59,311 nucleotides of DNA from an uncultured Candidatus Saccharibacteria bacterium (GCA_964505155.1 CAZDGL010000005.1:1-59311), one strand, 5' to 3'; positions 1 to 10,698 are shown, counted from the stretch's first letter. Numbers and translations: made by a program. The notes: a model not told the origin generated them from the letters alone.

Positions 1-40
1 CCCCAGTACAGGGGGATTATTTATTTTTTATAAAGTAAGA

Positions 41-466
41 CTAATCAACAATATCGATACCAGCGCTTCGAGCAGATCCAGCGACGATCTTCATCGCAGC
101 TTCTACATCATTAGCATTTAGGTCAGGCATCTTGCGCTCTGCTATTTGCTTGAGCTGTGCCTTTGTTATCTTGCCAGCCTTTGAAGTGCGAGGCTTTCCA
201 GAGCCTTTCTGGATACCAGCCGCTTTGAATAGTAAGTCAGCTTCTGGTGGAGTAGTCACTACGAAGTCGTATGAACGATCCTCATAAACAGTGATCTTTA
301 CTCCCAGCTTTTCACCTTTTTGGTCTTGGGTAGCAGCGTTAAACTTCTGAACGAAATCAGAGATATTTACCCCCGCTTGTCCAAGAGCCGGCCCTAGTGG
401 CGGAGCTGGTGTAGCTGCACCTCCCATAGCCTGAACCTTTATTTTTTTAGTTATATTTTTAGCCAT
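41..466 (-). CDS. rplK: 50S ribosomal protein L11
   Basis: GGAATPAPPLGPALGQAG and ERKMPDLNANDVEAAMK motifs; follows nusG. Confidence 0.98.
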   Translation of the reverse strand: MAKNITKKIKVQAMGGAATPAPPLGPALGQAGVNISDFVQKFNAATQDQKGEKLGVKITVYEDRSYDFVVTTPPEADLLFKAAGIQKGSGKPRTSKAGKITKAQLKQIAERKMPDLNANDVEAAMKIVAGSARSAGIDIVD

Positions 467-542
467 ATTTTAAGAGTGTTATTACTAAAGTAGAAGCAAT
501 AGCGTAACGAAAGCATTCTACCAGAAACTAGATATTTGTAAA

Positions 543-1091
543 TTAAAGCTTTTTGACTTGGAGGAAGTCTAGTTCTACCGGTGTTTCTCGTCCGAAGAGC
601 GATACCATGACCTTGACTTTACCGCGCTCTTGATCAACTTCACTGACTGTTCCTTCGAGTTCTTTGAACGGTCCATCGTTGATAATGATAGTTTCGCCCA
701 AAGCGAGGTCGATGTTGTGTTTAGCAACATTTTCATCATTCATTTGTCCGAGTAGGTAGTCTATTTCTTTTTGAGTAAGAGGTACTGGGGTAACACCTGC
801 GCCAACAAAACCTGTAACACGAGGAGTGTTGCGCACTACATACCATGAGTCATCATCCACTATCATATCCACGAGTACGTACCCAGGGTAAACTTTTTCT
901 TCTACTTCTACACGCTTACCACCTTTGACCTTTATCTTCTTTTCTGTTGGGACAACTACGTTAAAGATTTTGTCTCCAATACCCAAGCTTTCAATACGTT
1001 GCTTGAGATTACGAAGCACTGCATTTTCATAACCTGAATAAGTGTGTATAGCGTACCAGTGACGAGTACCTGTTTGTTCTTGTTTTGACAT
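543..1091 (-). CDS. nusG: Transcription termination/antitermination factor NusG
   Basis: WYAIHTYSGYE NGN start, YPGYVLV, RNTPRVTGFVG, C-terminal KOW (DGPF..FGRETPVELDF). Confidence 0.98.
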   Translation of the reverse strand: MSKQEQTGTRHWYAIHTYSGYENAVLRNLKQRIESLGIGDKIFNVVVPTEKKIKVKGGKRVEVEEKVYPGYVLVDMIVDDDSWYVVRNTPRVTGFVGAGVTPVPLTQKEIDYLLGQMNDENVAKHNIDLALGETIIINDGPFKELEGTVSEVDQERGKVKVMVSLFGRETPVELDFLQVKKL

Positions 1092-1093
1092 AA

Positions 1094-1273
1094 TTATTGA
1101 ATAAGACTTCGAAGACCTGCTTGGAAAAGAGTATCAAATGCTCCAAGAAGGTAGCCGAGGGCTAATGAAAAAATAATAACGACCAAAGTATAGATTACTA
1201 AGCGTCGGCGACTTGGCCAAGACACTTGTTTCATTTCTACTTTTGTTTCTTTTAAAAATTGTGTGATTTTCAT
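1094..1273 (-). CDS. secE: Preprotein translocase subunit SecE
   Basis: FLKETKVEMKQVSWPS motif plus one TM helix; secE-nusG-rplK synteny; start reset to ATG at 1273. Confidence 0.93.
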   Translation of the reverse strand: MKITQFLKETKVEMKQVSWPSRRRLVIYTLVVIIFSLALGYLLGAFDTLFQAGLRSLIQ

Positions 1274-1376
1274 GGTGATAAAAACTCGGTTATTAAAAAA
1301 CGCCCCGCAAGGCATTACTTTTACATAATACCCTACCAGGCGTTTTTAGTCAACCACGTCAGGCGTGGCCAAACTA

Positions 1377-2165
1377 CTATCTTATTTCGTAAACAATAGT
1401 TACGTTTGATGTTACTTTTTGTTCCCCTACTGGGATTTGTGGAGTACTCTGAGCCATATCCATAGCTACACCTCCGAGCTCTGCCTTAGCATACATCGGC
1501 ATAGGGTATCCTCCACCATTTTCTGAGAAAGAAACAATGCGCACCAGTCTCACACCGAGACTTTTAGCAAGCTTTTCTGCCTCCCCCTTAGCATCAGCAA
1601 TAGCCAAATCGCGTGCTTCGAGAGAAACCATCTTGTCATCTTCAAAGCCAAAGTTAGGACCACTCATATCTGAGACATTGTTTGTTGCAAGTATACCTAA
1701 GACGGACTCTACTTTTTCTAAATCCTTAACATTGATGGTGATAGCGTGGCTAACTTCATAACCTCGAAGTGTTGGTGTAGAAGGTGGGCAGTAAGCACTA
1801 TAACAACGAGCTTGGTTGTAGTCGTACTGCGGATAAGAAGTATAACTATCAGTCTTGATGTATTTTTCTTCTAGCCCCTTAGCTATCAAATCCGCTTTGA
1901 TCTTGCCAATCTTGGTACTGACTTCATCTTGCGCTTCCTTTAGTACCTTTTTTTCAGCACGCACTGAAAAACTAACCTTGGCTGTATCAGGAGATTTGTT
2001 GACCTCTCCTTTTCCAGAAACCATGATGGTGTTTGTGGCGTTTAGTCCAGAGCCGACTAGCTTGCTCTCACGCAAGGTCTTGATAGTGCTAGCGAGCAAA
2101 AATAATCCGAGTAAAATACTGATAACGAGAACAAGTTTTTGGTTTTTTTCTATGAATGTTTGCAT
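1377..2165 (-). CDS. SIMPL (DUF541) domain exported protein
   Basis: N-terminal TM, TIMVSGKGEV..PD.A, ARDLAIADAKGEAEKLAK.LGV.L, C-terminal VTIVYEI; ATG at 2165 lies 6 nt after TATAAT. Confidence 0.88.
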   Translation of the reverse strand: MQTFIEKNQKLVLVISILLGLFLLASTIKTLRESKLVGSGLNATNTIMVSGKGEVNKSPDTAKVSFSVRAEKKVLKEAQDEVSTKIGKIKADLIAKGLEEKYIKTDSYTSYPQYDYNQARCYSAYCPPSTPTLRGYEVSHAITINVKDLEKVESVLGILATNNVSDMSGPNFGFEDDKMVSLEARDLAIADAKGEAEKLAKSLGVRLVRIVSFSENGGGYPMPMYAKAELGGVAMDMAQSTPQIPVGEQKVTSNVTIVYEIR

Positions 2166-2247
2166 GGGTATATTATACCCTATGTTAAAAAAGCAAGCTT
2201 TTTTAACTTTATATTTTTTTAATGTCAAACTAAGAAAAGCGAAAAAT

Positions 2248-2276
2248 AAAATCCGCGACGGCTTATCGCGGATTTT
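2248..2276. terminator. Hairpin AAAATCCGCGA-N7-TCGCGGATTTT, possible terminator or REP-like palindrome
   Basis: 11-bp arms with A/T tracts on both sides. Confidence 0.6.
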
Positions 2277-2287
2277 TTATATAAATA

Positions 2288-2611
2288 TTAACTTTGAGAT
2301 TCTATTTCTTTCATCAAATCCTTCATTTGTTGAAGTAGATTTTCTTGTTTAAAATTGCTAGCTTTATCCACAGAATCATTCAAAACATTCCAAGCTTCTT
2401 CGAAAAGCCCTGCTTCTTTTAAGAGGGTTGCATACTCTATGTCAAACAAAATACTAGCCTCCCCTGATTCCTCTGGAGAAACAATTGCTTCTACCTTTTC
2501 AAGGTTTTGCTGGTACCAAGCTTTTAGTAATTCTAAATTTTCTGGATTTTCCTTCAAGGTCTTAACTACTTCTTCTTTTTCTATATTTGGTTTTGGTGCT
2601 TGTTCATACAT
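2288..2611 (-). CDS. Hypothetical acidic helical protein
   Basis: 107-aa ATG-initiated ORF collinear with neighbours; no family recognised. Confidence 0.7.
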   Translation of the reverse strand: MYEQAPKPNIEKEEVVKTLKENPENLELLKAWYQQNLEKVEAIVSPEESGEASILFDIEYATLLKEAGLFEEAWNVLNDSVDKASNFKQENLLQQMKDLMKEIESQS

Positions 2612-2623
2612 ATGATTGTAAAT

Positions 2624-3301
2624 TTATTTATTCATCTCATCACTTACCACCTTGCCATCACGAAGTTCGATGATACGGTGAGCAAGCGCTGAGTATTCTG
2701 GTTCGTGAGTCACCATAACAATGGTTTGACCTTCACGGTTTAACTCAAGAAAGGCATCAAGTACAGTCTTGGAAGTTTCGGAGTCGAGGTTGGCAGTTGG
2801 TTCATCGGCAAAAATAATCTTTGGATCATGCCCGATCGCGCGTGCGATAGAGACACGCTGTTGTTGACCACCAGAGAGCTGGCTCGGCAAGTTGTTCATT
2901 CTATCGGCAAGTCCGACACGAGTGAGAGCTCTGATAGACTTTTCTTTGGCATCACGCTCTTCTAGCCCTTGCATAAGTAGAGGCACCATGACATTTTCAA
3001 GAGCTGTTAGAGACGGCAAGATAGCATAGTCTTGGAAGATATATCCAAGAGCATGAAGTCGCATGCGAGTTTGATCGTTATCAGAAAGCTCAGTGGCATT
3101 TAAGTTGTCGATAAATATCTCGCCGTGTGTGGGCCTATCGAGAAGTCCAAGCTGATACAAAAGTGTACTCTTACCACTTCCCGATCTTCCAGTGATAGCG
3201 ACAAACTGTCCTTCGGGTATAGAAAAAGAAACATCGTCCACTGCGCGTATTTCTGCGTCACCACTTTTAAATATTTTTGATAAGTTATTTATTTTAATCA
3301 T
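2624..3301 (-). CDS. ABC transporter ATP-binding protein (LolD/MacB-like)
   Basis: Walker [10 protein letters not shown], signature LSGGQQQRV, Walker B/D-loop [12 protein letters not shown]-loop VTH; start set at ATG 3301. Confidence 0.95.
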   Translation of the reverse strand: MIKINNLSKIFKSGDAEIRAVDDVSFSIPEGQFVAITGRSGSGKSTLLYQLGLLDRPTHGEIFIDNLNATELSDNDQTRMRLHALGYIFQDYAILPSLTALENVMVPLLMQGLEERDAKEKSIRALTRVGLADRMNNLPSQLSGGQQQRVSIARAIGHDPKIIFADEPTANLDSETSKTVLDAFLELNREGQTIVMVTHEPEYSALAHRIIELRDGKVVSDEMNK

Positions 3302-3305
3302 AAGT

Positions 3306-4586
3306 TTATCTACCCAAAATAGCACTAAGGGTGTTTTGCTTTATAACAATTCTAGCAGGGATATAACCAGCGATGACAGTCGCCAAGAGAAGTATCGCCA
3401 CCCGAACACTAGTACCGCTGACTGTGGCGACCAGTATGCCATCAGAAAATGGAAAGTTTATCGGGTTAGCGTCAAAGAAAGGTTTGAGAAATGCAAAAAC
3501 AAGTATTGAGCCAACTATAGCGCCGATAAGTGCGTAAAGTAATGATTGTAAAATATAAGAAACGACAATAGCTCTCGGAGCAATACCGATACCTTTCAAA
3601 ATACCGATATAGCGCCTACGAGTGATAGCGTTAACAAAGATAACGATAAATATAGTGATGGCCGCTACCACTAGTCCGATAGCTGAGATGGCGTTACCCA
3701 AAAGACTAAAAGTGGTTTTGATTTGATCCAAAAACTGAGGGATAGCTTCTTCTGAAGTTTGTACCCGACCATTTTCATCTACCCCCGAGGCAACAAGAGC
3801 AGACTTGGCGACCTTGGCATCTGTTCCTGGCAAAAGAGCTATGGCTATTTGGTTGAGGTTGTAATCACTGCGCCCAGCGAGCTTTCGAAATTCACTATCG
3901 AGGATAAACATTCCCCCATCAACTTCGTTGACCTTTGATTTCAAAATACCTTTGAGGGTATATTCTTTGCTTTGCCCGTTGATAGTAAGAAGTAGCCTTG
4001 AGCCCAGACCAACATCTTCACTAAAGGTTGTGAGTCCTGGAAATTCATTTTTGTTGTACTTACGAAACCAAAAGCTTCCAACAACAATACTTTCTGTATC
4101 GGTCGGCTCCAAATAAGAGCCTTCAACTATCAAACTTGATAAGTTGGTAACTCCGTCTTCTTTTATCGGATCAATGCCAGAGACTTGCCCAGCCACAGAG
4201 TTGGGCTTTTCATCTTTGAGCAAAACATCACGGTAACCAGCCTGAAGCGATCCACCAGCAGTGTAGCGAGCACTATATGCCCGAAGCCCCGGCAAGTTCT
4301 CGACTATCTTTATTACTTCTTGACTGTTGTCTATCTTGTCTCTGTTTAAAAACGAAGACACTATCACGTCCCCTGAGCTAAACTTTTTGTTTTGGTCAAG
4401 GGAACCTTGAATAAGTCCAACCAAAATACCACTAACTACCACAAGGTTTAGAAAAGTTAAAAGCATAACAAAAACTATTAGGCTTGTGGTCCATTTGTTG
4501 GCTCTTTGAAGCTCTCTCTTGGCCAAGAAAAATCCAACTCGCAAATCTATTTTTAACTTTTCAAAAATTCCTTGCTTTTTTGGCAT
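3306..4586 (-). CDS. ABC transporter permease (FtsX/MacB-like)
   Basis: One TM, large extracytoplasmic domain, then three TMs; RRRYIGILKGIG motif. Confidence 0.9.
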   Translation of the reverse strand: MPKKQGIFEKLKIDLRVGFFLAKRELQRANKWTTSLIVFVMLLTFLNLVVVSGILVGLIQGSLDQNKKFSSGDVIVSSFLNRDKIDNSQEVIKIVENLPGLRAYSARYTAGGSLQAGYRDVLLKDEKPNSVAGQVSGIDPIKEDGVTNLSSLIVEGSYLEPTDTESIVVGSFWFRKYNKNEFPGLTTFSEDVGLGSRLLLTINGQSKEYTLKGILKSKVNEVDGGMFILDSEFRKLAGRSDYNLNQIAIALLPGTDAKVAKSALVASGVDENGRVQTSEEAIPQFLDQIKTTFSLLGNAISAIGLVVAAITIFIVIFVNAITRRRYIGILKGIGIAPRAIVVSYILQSLLYALIGAIVGSILVFAFLKPFFDANPINFPFSDGILVATVSGTSVRVAILLLATVIAGYIPARIVIKQNTLSAILGR

Positions 4587-4588
4587 AG

Positions 4589-6145
4589 TTATTTTGTCGC
4601 AGGAGTCCAGAGTACTCTGTCTCCTTCTTTTAATCCGCTTTTGATCTCTATGATATCTCCGTCACCTTTTACTCCGGTAGTAACAGAAACTTTTTGAGTT
4701 TTGTATTTACCTCTTTTTTCTTTTGTTATGAGGTTTACAAATTGTCCTTCTGGTGTTTTCTCTACAGTTCTTGCTGGAACAACCAATACATCAGGAATCT
4801 CGGCTGTCACAATAGACATATTGGCTGTCATGCCAGGGCGAATGTTTTCTATATCAGTTATCAGAGTTTTGATTTTATAATTTATAACCGTACCAGACTC
4901 TGTTGCAGATGGATCAATAGAAGAAACAGTGGAAGTGAAGCTTTGGTTTGGAAGAGCGTCATAAGAGACCGAGACGTTTTGACCAAGAGCAATGGTTGTG
5001 ATGTTGCCTTCGCCAATGTTGGCTTCAAGATAAAGATTTTCGACGTCTTCAAGTACTATGACTTCCTTTTGTGGGGTACTGACCTCGCCTATCTTTATAT
5101 CTACTTTTGTAATAGTTCCATCAGCTGGAGCACGCAGGATTTTCTTTTCTAGTCTAGCGCTTGCACTCTCTACTCCAGCTTGAGCAGTGATCACATCAGC
5201 GAGTGCGCTATCGATATCTGGCTGGCGAGCAGTAGCACGCTTGAGATTGAGCTCAGCTTCTCTTTGGGCAACCAAAGCCTCAGCAGTTGAGATAGCACTT
5301 TCTTTGGTATCGAGTGCTTGGTTGTAGGCGTTTAGATTGGCCACGTAGTTTGCTCCACTAGTGTTTGGTATTTTAACTTCCCAAGATCCCATTTGACCAG
5401 AGAGAGAGCCTGAAGGAAAAACAATAGAGAGGCCCTTGGTACCAAAAGTTTGGGCTGAAGTAGTACTAAACTTGGCAGCGCCACTTTCAACTCCAGAGAA
5501 GTTTACATAGTCACCACCTCCAGAGGAAATATTAACTATATAGGAGCCTTCTGTCCCAACATATGTACCAGATATGGTTGGAGTGTTTGATAAATAAGAA
5601 GAGTTAACCGGTGTTGCTATAAGGTTGTCGGAGAGGAGTTTTCTATATGCATTTTTTACCAAAGTTTCTTGTGTCTTTTTTGTAGTTTCCAAATCCTTTT
5701 TGGCATTGTCTAGATTTACTTGAGCAAGCGCTATCTCTTCGTTACTTGAACCGTCGAGAACCTTTTTGTATCTTGCTTCAGCGCTAAGGAGCGAACCTCG
5801 AGCACTACTAAGTGCGGCTCTCTCTTCACCACTATTTAGAGTCGCGATGATTCTACCTTTTTTGACCTTATCTCCTACTTGTACTTCTATAGAGCGCACG
5901 GTATCTGCCACTTCAAATCCTAAAGACAAGTCAGTAGAGCTCACCACCTTACCACTGGCAACAACAGTGCGAGTGAGGGTCTGCTTTTTGACTATTTCAA
6001 CCACAGAACCATCAGAGGCCTTACCTTTAAGAACAATCAACAAAATTATAACCAATATCACTATAGAAAATATCTTTCTGCGTAGTGACCAAGCTTTCCA
6101 TTTATTCCAAGAGTTTTTTAGCGCATTTTTAATCTTTTCTTTCAT
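4589..6145 (-). CDS. Efflux periplasmic adaptor (HlyD/MacA-like membrane fusion protein)
   Basis: Lipoyl-like halves (VQVGDKVKKG; LRAPADGTIT), long coiled coil, IRPGMTANM; in an operon with the ABC genes. Confidence 0.9.
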   Translation of the reverse strand: MKEKIKNALKNSWNKWKAWSLRRKIFSIVILVIILLIVLKGKASDGSVVEIVKKQTLTRTVVASGKVVSSTDLSLGFEVADTVRSIEVQVGDKVKKGRIIATLNSGEERAALSSARGSLLSAEARYKKVLDGSSNEEIALAQVNLDNAKKDLETTKKTQETLVKNAYRKLLSDNLIATPVNSSYLSNTPTISGTYVGTEGSYIVNISSGGGDYVNFSGVESGAAKFSTTSAQTFGTKGLSIVFPSGSLSGQMGSWEVKIPNTSGANYVANLNAYNQALDTKESAISTAEALVAQREAELNLKRATARQPDIDSALADVITAQAGVESASARLEKKILRAPADGTITKVDIKIGEVSTPQKEVIVLEDVENLYLEANIGEGNITTIALGQNVSVSYDALPNQSFTSTVSSIDPSATESGTVINYKIKTLITDIENIRPGMTANMSIVTAEIPDVLVVPARTVEKTPEGQFVNLITKEKRGKYKTQKVSVTTGVKGDGDIIEIKSGLKEGDRVLWTPATK

Positions 6146-6165
6146 AGTTATCTATTTATAACATA

Positions 6166-6200
6166 AAACAGCGTTTTTGCCGAAGGCAAAAACGCTGTTT
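6166..6200. terminator. Perfect 16-bp-arm hairpin
   Basis: AAACAGCGTTTTTGCC-GAA-GGCAAAAACGCTGTTT just downstream of the FKBP gene. Confidence 0.65.
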
Positions 6201-6213
6201 CCAAAAAAATTAT

Positions 6214-6720
6214 TTATTTTATTCCCAAAAGTTCTACTTCAAAAACAAGAGTAGCATTTGGTGGTATCACCCCTCCTGCTCCACGTTCACCATATCCAAG
6301 ATCGCTTGGGATAGTCAGTATTCTTTTTTCTCCGACTTTCATACCGAGCACTCCGAGATCCCAACCCTTGATAACCATACCAGCGCCAAGCGGAAATTCA
6401 AATGGAGTACCACGGTCCACACTACTATCAAACTTTGTTCCATCAGTGAGCTTACCAGTGTAATGCACTACTGCTGTTTGACCATTTTTTATCTCTACTC
6501 CCGCTCCCTCTTTTGTTGTTTCTATTTTCATACCTTGTATTGTTGTTACTTTGTTAATCTTCTCTTCTTTTTTTGGCTCGGTTGGTTCTACCGGCTTTTC
6601 TTCGTTTACTTGTTCATTAGTGACAGGAACTAACTGCTCTTGTTTTGGGGCCTTTTTGACCCAAAACCCAACAACAAGCCCGATAAAAATAATAACTATT
6701 GCAATTGATACGTATTTCAT
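6214..6720 (-). CDS. Membrane-anchored FKBP-type peptidyl-prolyl isomerase
   Basis: VHYTGKLTDGTKFDSS, VIKGWDLG, IPSDLGYG, IPPNATLVFEVELL. Confidence 0.96.
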   Translation of the reverse strand: MKYVSIAIVIIFIGLVVGFWVKKAPKQEQLVPVTNEQVNEEKPVEPTEPKKEEKINKVTTIQGMKIETTKEGAGVEIKNGQTAVVHYTGKLTDGTKFDSSVDRGTPFEFPLGAGMVIKGWDLGVLGMKVGEKRILTIPSDLGYGERGAGGVIPPNATLVFEVELLGIK

Positions 6721-6758
6721 GAAAAAGATTATACCGCTTTCTATGCTAAACTCAAGCT

Positions 6759-7199
6759 ATGTTAGAAGAAAATACAATCGCGCCAAACTTTACTCTCAAA
6801 AACCAAGACGGGAAAGACGTTTCTTTGTCAGACTATGCTGGTAAATGGACTCTTATCTACTTTTATCCTAAGGACGATACTCCTGGTTGCACCAAGGAAG
6901 CTTGCGCTCTCAGAGACAACTTCCCTTTCTATGAAGATACTGGCATAGAGATCCTAGGTATCAGCAAAGACTCTCCGGCAAGTCATACAAAATTTATCCA
7001 AAAATACTCTCTACCTTTTACGCTCCTTTCAGACTCTGAAGGCTCAGTCGCCAAGACATATGGGGCTGACGGCATGCTCGGCACCAAGCGTATCTCCTAC
7101 CTAGTATCTCCCAACGGTACTATCGCCAAAGCGTATCCAAAAGTTTCCCCGGCAACCCACGCACAAGAAGTGTTGGAAGATTTGAAGAAACTAAAATAA
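6759..7199 (+). CDS. bcp: Peroxiredoxin Bcp/PrxQ
   Basis: YFYPKDDTPGCTKEAC motif. Confidence 0.95.
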   Translation: MLEENTIAPNFTLKNQDGKDVSLSDYAGKWTLIYFYPKDDTPGCTKEACALRDNFPFYEDTGIEILGISKDSPASHTKFIQKYSLPFTLLSDSEGSVAKTYGADGMLGTKRISYLVSPNGTIAKAYPKVSPATHAQEVLEDLKKLK

Positions 7200-7223
7200 A
7201 AAAGCTATCACAATAGTAATAGC

Positions 7224-7667
7224 TTAGTAAGGTAATTCAAATGCCCATTTAATTTGTGAATCCCAAACCATTTGATCTGGAAGAGCAAAGGAAGCAGAAA
7301 GTCTTTTGTTCCAGTGAGTAAAAACCATAGGGTCACCATCGGTTAGCCTTATCGGTTCCATGCCTGACATGATACGATCATCAATTTTTATTCCAGAACA
7401 GCCAAGAATAAGCGAGCTTTCAGCGGTAATTATTTTCATACCAGAAGATAACGCTTTCTTGTAAATATCAGTGTTTAAACCTTTATCTACAAAACCTAAT
7501 TCTCTACCAGAAATAATCTTTATTCTTTTACTCTCTGAAATATCATCTATATGAACTTTTTGGATTAAATCCTCTGCCCACCAAGAAATCTCTATCCCTT
7601 GGCTTTGATGTGCTTCACAAATATCAGCAATTGAACTAAACGTACGAGTAATTATCTCTACAATCAT
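7224..7667 (-). CDS. Hypothetical protein
   Basis: 147-aa ORF filling the gap between bcp and ddl; no function assigned. Confidence 0.65.
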   Translation of the reverse strand: MIVEIITRTFSSIADICEAHQSQGIEISWWAEDLIQKVHIDDISESKRIKIISGRELGFVDKGLNTDIYKKALSSGMKIITAESSLILGCSGIKIDDRIMSGMEPIRLTDGDPMVFTHWNKRLSASFALPDQMVWDSQIKWAFELPY

Positions 7668-7736
7668 ATAGTTTTTTCGTTACTCTACCTGTCTAAGCTA
7701 TTAAAGTCAAAGTTCTAAATCTGATATTATATACAC

Positions 7737-8597
7737 ATGAAAATAGCCATTATTACAGGTGGAGAAACTGGTGAAAGGGATGTATCTATTAAATCAGCTC
7801 AAAATGTAGCTAATTTGATAGATTTTGCGGAAACTGAGACTTTTGTATTTCCAGAAGAAAAAGATCTTTTCTTAAACTCGACTAAGAGTTTTGATGTTGC
7901 AATCCCTATGATTCACGGAGCCGGTGGAGAAGACGGGACACTACAAAAACTTTTAGAGAGTCTAAATATCCCTTATATCTTCTCTAGAATAGAAACTCAT
8001 AAAATAGGGATAGATAAAATCAAAACAAAAGAAATAGTTAGTACTATAGGCATAACCTCTCCAAAAGAAACTTCTGACTTCCCTACTTTTGTGAAGCCAC
8101 GGTTTGGCGGATCTTCTGTTGCCTCTAAACTCTGTGCCTCACAAGAAGAACTTGATAATCTTATAAAAGAGAATCCTAAAATTGAACTTATAAGAGAGGA
8201 ACCTATAAAAGGTCGTGAGTTTACTGTTGGTATTGTTGAACGAGATGGAAAAACATTCCCGCTTCCTGTTGTTGAGATTATTCCCAAAGGAGCATTTTTT
8301 GATTTTGAAAATAAATATAATCCTGAAAAACTAGCTACAGAAATATGCCCTGCTAAAATCACTGAAGATCTTACAAAAGAACTACAGCGACAAGCACTTG
8401 AAGTTCACAAACTTTTAAAAGCACGCCACGTATCTCGATCCGACCTTATTGTCACCCAAGAAGAAAAAATATACTTCCTCGAGATTAACACTATCCCAGG
8501 TATGACAGATACCTCCTTAATACCGAAAATGATGAGGCAAGAAAATATTTTATTTAGAGATCTCTTAAAGACATGGTGTTCGTATTTTAAAAAATAA
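7737..8597 (+). CDS. ddl: D-alanine--D-alanine ligase
   Basis: GGETGERDVS, HGAGGEDG, VKPRFGGSSV, LEINTIPGMT. Confidence 0.93.
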   Translation: MKIAIITGGETGERDVSIKSAQNVANLIDFAETETFVFPEEKDLFLNSTKSFDVAIPMIHGAGGEDGTLQKLLESLNIPYIFSRIETHKIGIDKIKTKEIVSTIGITSPKETSDFPTFVKPRFGGSSVASKLCASQEELDNLIKENPKIELIREEPIKGREFTVGIVERDGKTFPLPVVEIIPKGAFFDFENKYNPEKLATEICPAKITEDLTKELQRQALEVHKLLKARHVSRSDLIVTQEEKIYFLEINTIPGMTDTSLIPKMMRQENILFRDLLKTWCSYFKK

Positions 8598-8626
8598 AAA
8601 GAGTTAGCCAGTACCGCTAACTCTTT
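8598..8626. terminator. Bidirectional terminator-like hairpin
   Basis: AAAGAGTTAGC-N7-GCTAACTCTTT between convergent genes. Confidence 0.7.
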
Positions 8627-8628
8627 GA

Positions 8629-8865
8629 TCATAAAAAATCTAATTCTTCAATGGTTTTACAATTGTATTTCTCTGCTTTATCACGAAACGTTATAAAACC
8701 AAAAACAAGAGTATGTCCCACAACCCTGCTTTCCAAAAATTGTTTTAAAATAAAAGGCATATCTGTACCAGAAATAATATATTCTTCTACTTCTTTTTGA
8801 GTAACCTTTTCTCGGATATAATCAGGGAGGACAATGTAAAGAGATTCTACTTTTTTCGAGGGCAT
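8629..8865 (-). CDS. Small hypothetical protein
   Basis: 78-aa ATG ORF downstream of pheT, ending at a terminator. Confidence 0.55.
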   Translation of the reverse strand: MPSKKVESLYIVLPDYIREKVTQKEVEEYIISGTDMPFILKQFLESRVVGHTLVFGFITFRDKAEKYNCKTIEELDFL

Positions 8866-8916
8866 ATTTTTTTATTTAGAATAACACGTACAAAACACAG
8901 CAACAAATCCTGCTTT

Positions 8917-10698
8917 TTAACGTATCTCAAACCCTTTCTTGTCTTTTATTTTATTTACCAATTCACCAAACCACTTTTCTACCTCCTCTTCTGTAAGAGT
9001 CTTTTCATATGACTGAAATACAAATCTATAAGCTACAGATGTTCTGCCGTCTTTTTCAAATCTATCAAAGAGTACCGGCTCTCGCACACAATACTGACTT
9101 GCAAAAGCACTCACTATTTCTTCTAGCTTTGCCTGACTTTCAGGACTATCGCACCATACCGCTATGTCGCGAGTGACAAATGGATACAGAGACCACATCT
9201 TGAAAGGGTTGATAGAAAGTAGAGGGTAGTTAGTAGAAGCAACAGCAAGATCTACTTTGTATTTTTCTATAAAATCTTTAAGTGATAGTTCTTCAAAGGT
9301 TCCCTTATCACAAGTAGCAACATTTATTTGTTCGCTATCTTTACCAAAGACGGTACCTATCTCAAATATTCTTATACTATCGAGTCCGAGAAGTGGGGCA
9401 TTCAATCTATTTTTTTCATAACTTTCTTTTAGAGCCTCCGAAAGATTGCTTCGAAGAGCACTCTTGTCTTTGGAGCCATAAGATATATAAACTTCTCCTT
9501 TTTTTACAAAACTATAATTTTGCACTTCTCGAAAACCATTTTGTGCCAGCCAATACTTCACTCTTGTGATGTTGTGATATTCACTTTCTTTGTTCACCGT
9601 AGGGGTAAAAGGTAAAGGTGAAGTCGGAATTATGTCGTAACCAACAAGTCTACCTATATCTTCAGCGATATCGTGAGCGCCAGTTAGATCAAGACGATCT
9701 GTGGGTACAGTGATGTTGTATTTATTTCCATCTTTTTTGGAAACAATGTTATATCGACTGATCCACATATCGATTTGCGCTTCATTTATAGTTTTTCCAA
9801 GAAGCTTAGTGATGTCAGAGAGTTCAAAAGATATACTACGAGCCTCTACCGGCTTTGGATAATAGTCATATACTCCGACGACTTCCCCACCAGATATGTC
9901 TTTGATAACTGCTACTACATGCTCTGCTGAAGATTTAACCAACTCGGGAGTGACTTCATTTTCAAATCTTTTTGATGCGTCAGTGATAAGAGAGAGCCTA
10001 CGAGAAGTTTTGCGTACAGAGACCGGATCAAAGTTTCCTATTTCGATAATAATATTTGTTGTCTCATTTGCTATCTCTGCGCTTTTGCCCCCCTTCACTC
10101 CGGCAATAGCTAGTGGCCCCAAATAGTCGGCAATCACAAGATCGCTTGTTTTGAGCTCTTTTGTTTCATCAGATAGTGTTGTGATATTTTCTCCCTCATG
10201 AGCCATGCGTACTACTATCCCACCGTCTATTTTGTCTTTATCAAATGCGTGTACTGGTTGCCCATCATCGAGAAGTACTAGATTTGTCGCGTCCACAATG
10301 TTGTTGATAGATCGAGCGCCTACACTCTCCAGGGCATCAACCAACCACTTCGGCGAAGGTCCAACTTTTACACCTGTCATTTCTATCGCCATATATCGAA
10401 GTACTAAATCACTTTGGATTTCTACTTTTGTATCAAGCGGAGTATTTGGTAGGTCAGGTAGAGAAAATGTTTTCAAAGTTAAACCAAGCAACCCTGCTAT
10501 TTCCTTGGTAATACCTCTGTGGCTGAGACAATCATGTGCTCTGTCAGGCAAAACCTTGATATCAAAGATGGTGTCATCACCCTTTTTTTCTTTAGATTCG
10601 ACTTCAAATGCATGAAAAATAATAGTCTCTTTTAAGGACTCCGGAGCCGGAAGCTTTTCTTCTATATGATTTTGTAACCAGTTGTAACTTATTTTCAT
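8917..10698 (-). CDS. pheT: Phenylalanine--tRNA ligase beta subunit (short form)
   Basis: MKISYNWL, PDRAHDCLSH, SINNIVDATN, GQPVHAFD, C-terminal RDIA..S.AYRFVFQS..KTLT; appears to lack the B2 OB domain. Confidence 0.95.
   Translation of the reverse strand: MKISYNWLQNHIEEKLPAPESLKETIIFHAFEVESKEKKGDDTIFDIKVLPDRAHDCLSHRGITKEIAGLLGLTLKTFSLPDLPNTPLDTKVEIQSDLVLRYMAIEMTGVKVGPSPKWLVDALESVGARSINNIVDATNLVLLDDGQPVHAFDKDKIDGGIVVRMAHEGENITTLSDETKELKTSDLVIADYLGPLAIAGVKGGKSAEIANETTNIIIEIGNFDPVSVRKTSRRLSLITDASKRFENEVTPELVKSSAEHVVAVIKDISGGEVVGVYDYYPKPVEARSISFELSDITKLLGKTINEAQIDMWISRYNIVSKKDGNKYNITVPTDRLDLTGAHDIAEDIGRLVGYDIIPTSPLPFTPTVNKESEYHNITRVKYWLAQNGFREVQNYSFVKKGEVYISYGSKDKSALRSNLSEALKESYEKNRLNAPLLGLDSIRIFEIGTVFGKDSEQINVATCDKGTFEELSLKDFIEKYKVDLAVASTNYPLLSINPFKMWSLYPFVTRDIAVWCDSPESQAKLEEIVSAFASQYCVREPVLFDRFEKDGRTSVAYRFVFQSYEKTLTEEEVEKWFGELVNKIKDKKGFEIR

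Noticed and set aside
467-542. L1-binding leader upstream of rplK
   Set aside because: A weak hairpin is present but no recognisable L1 target motif
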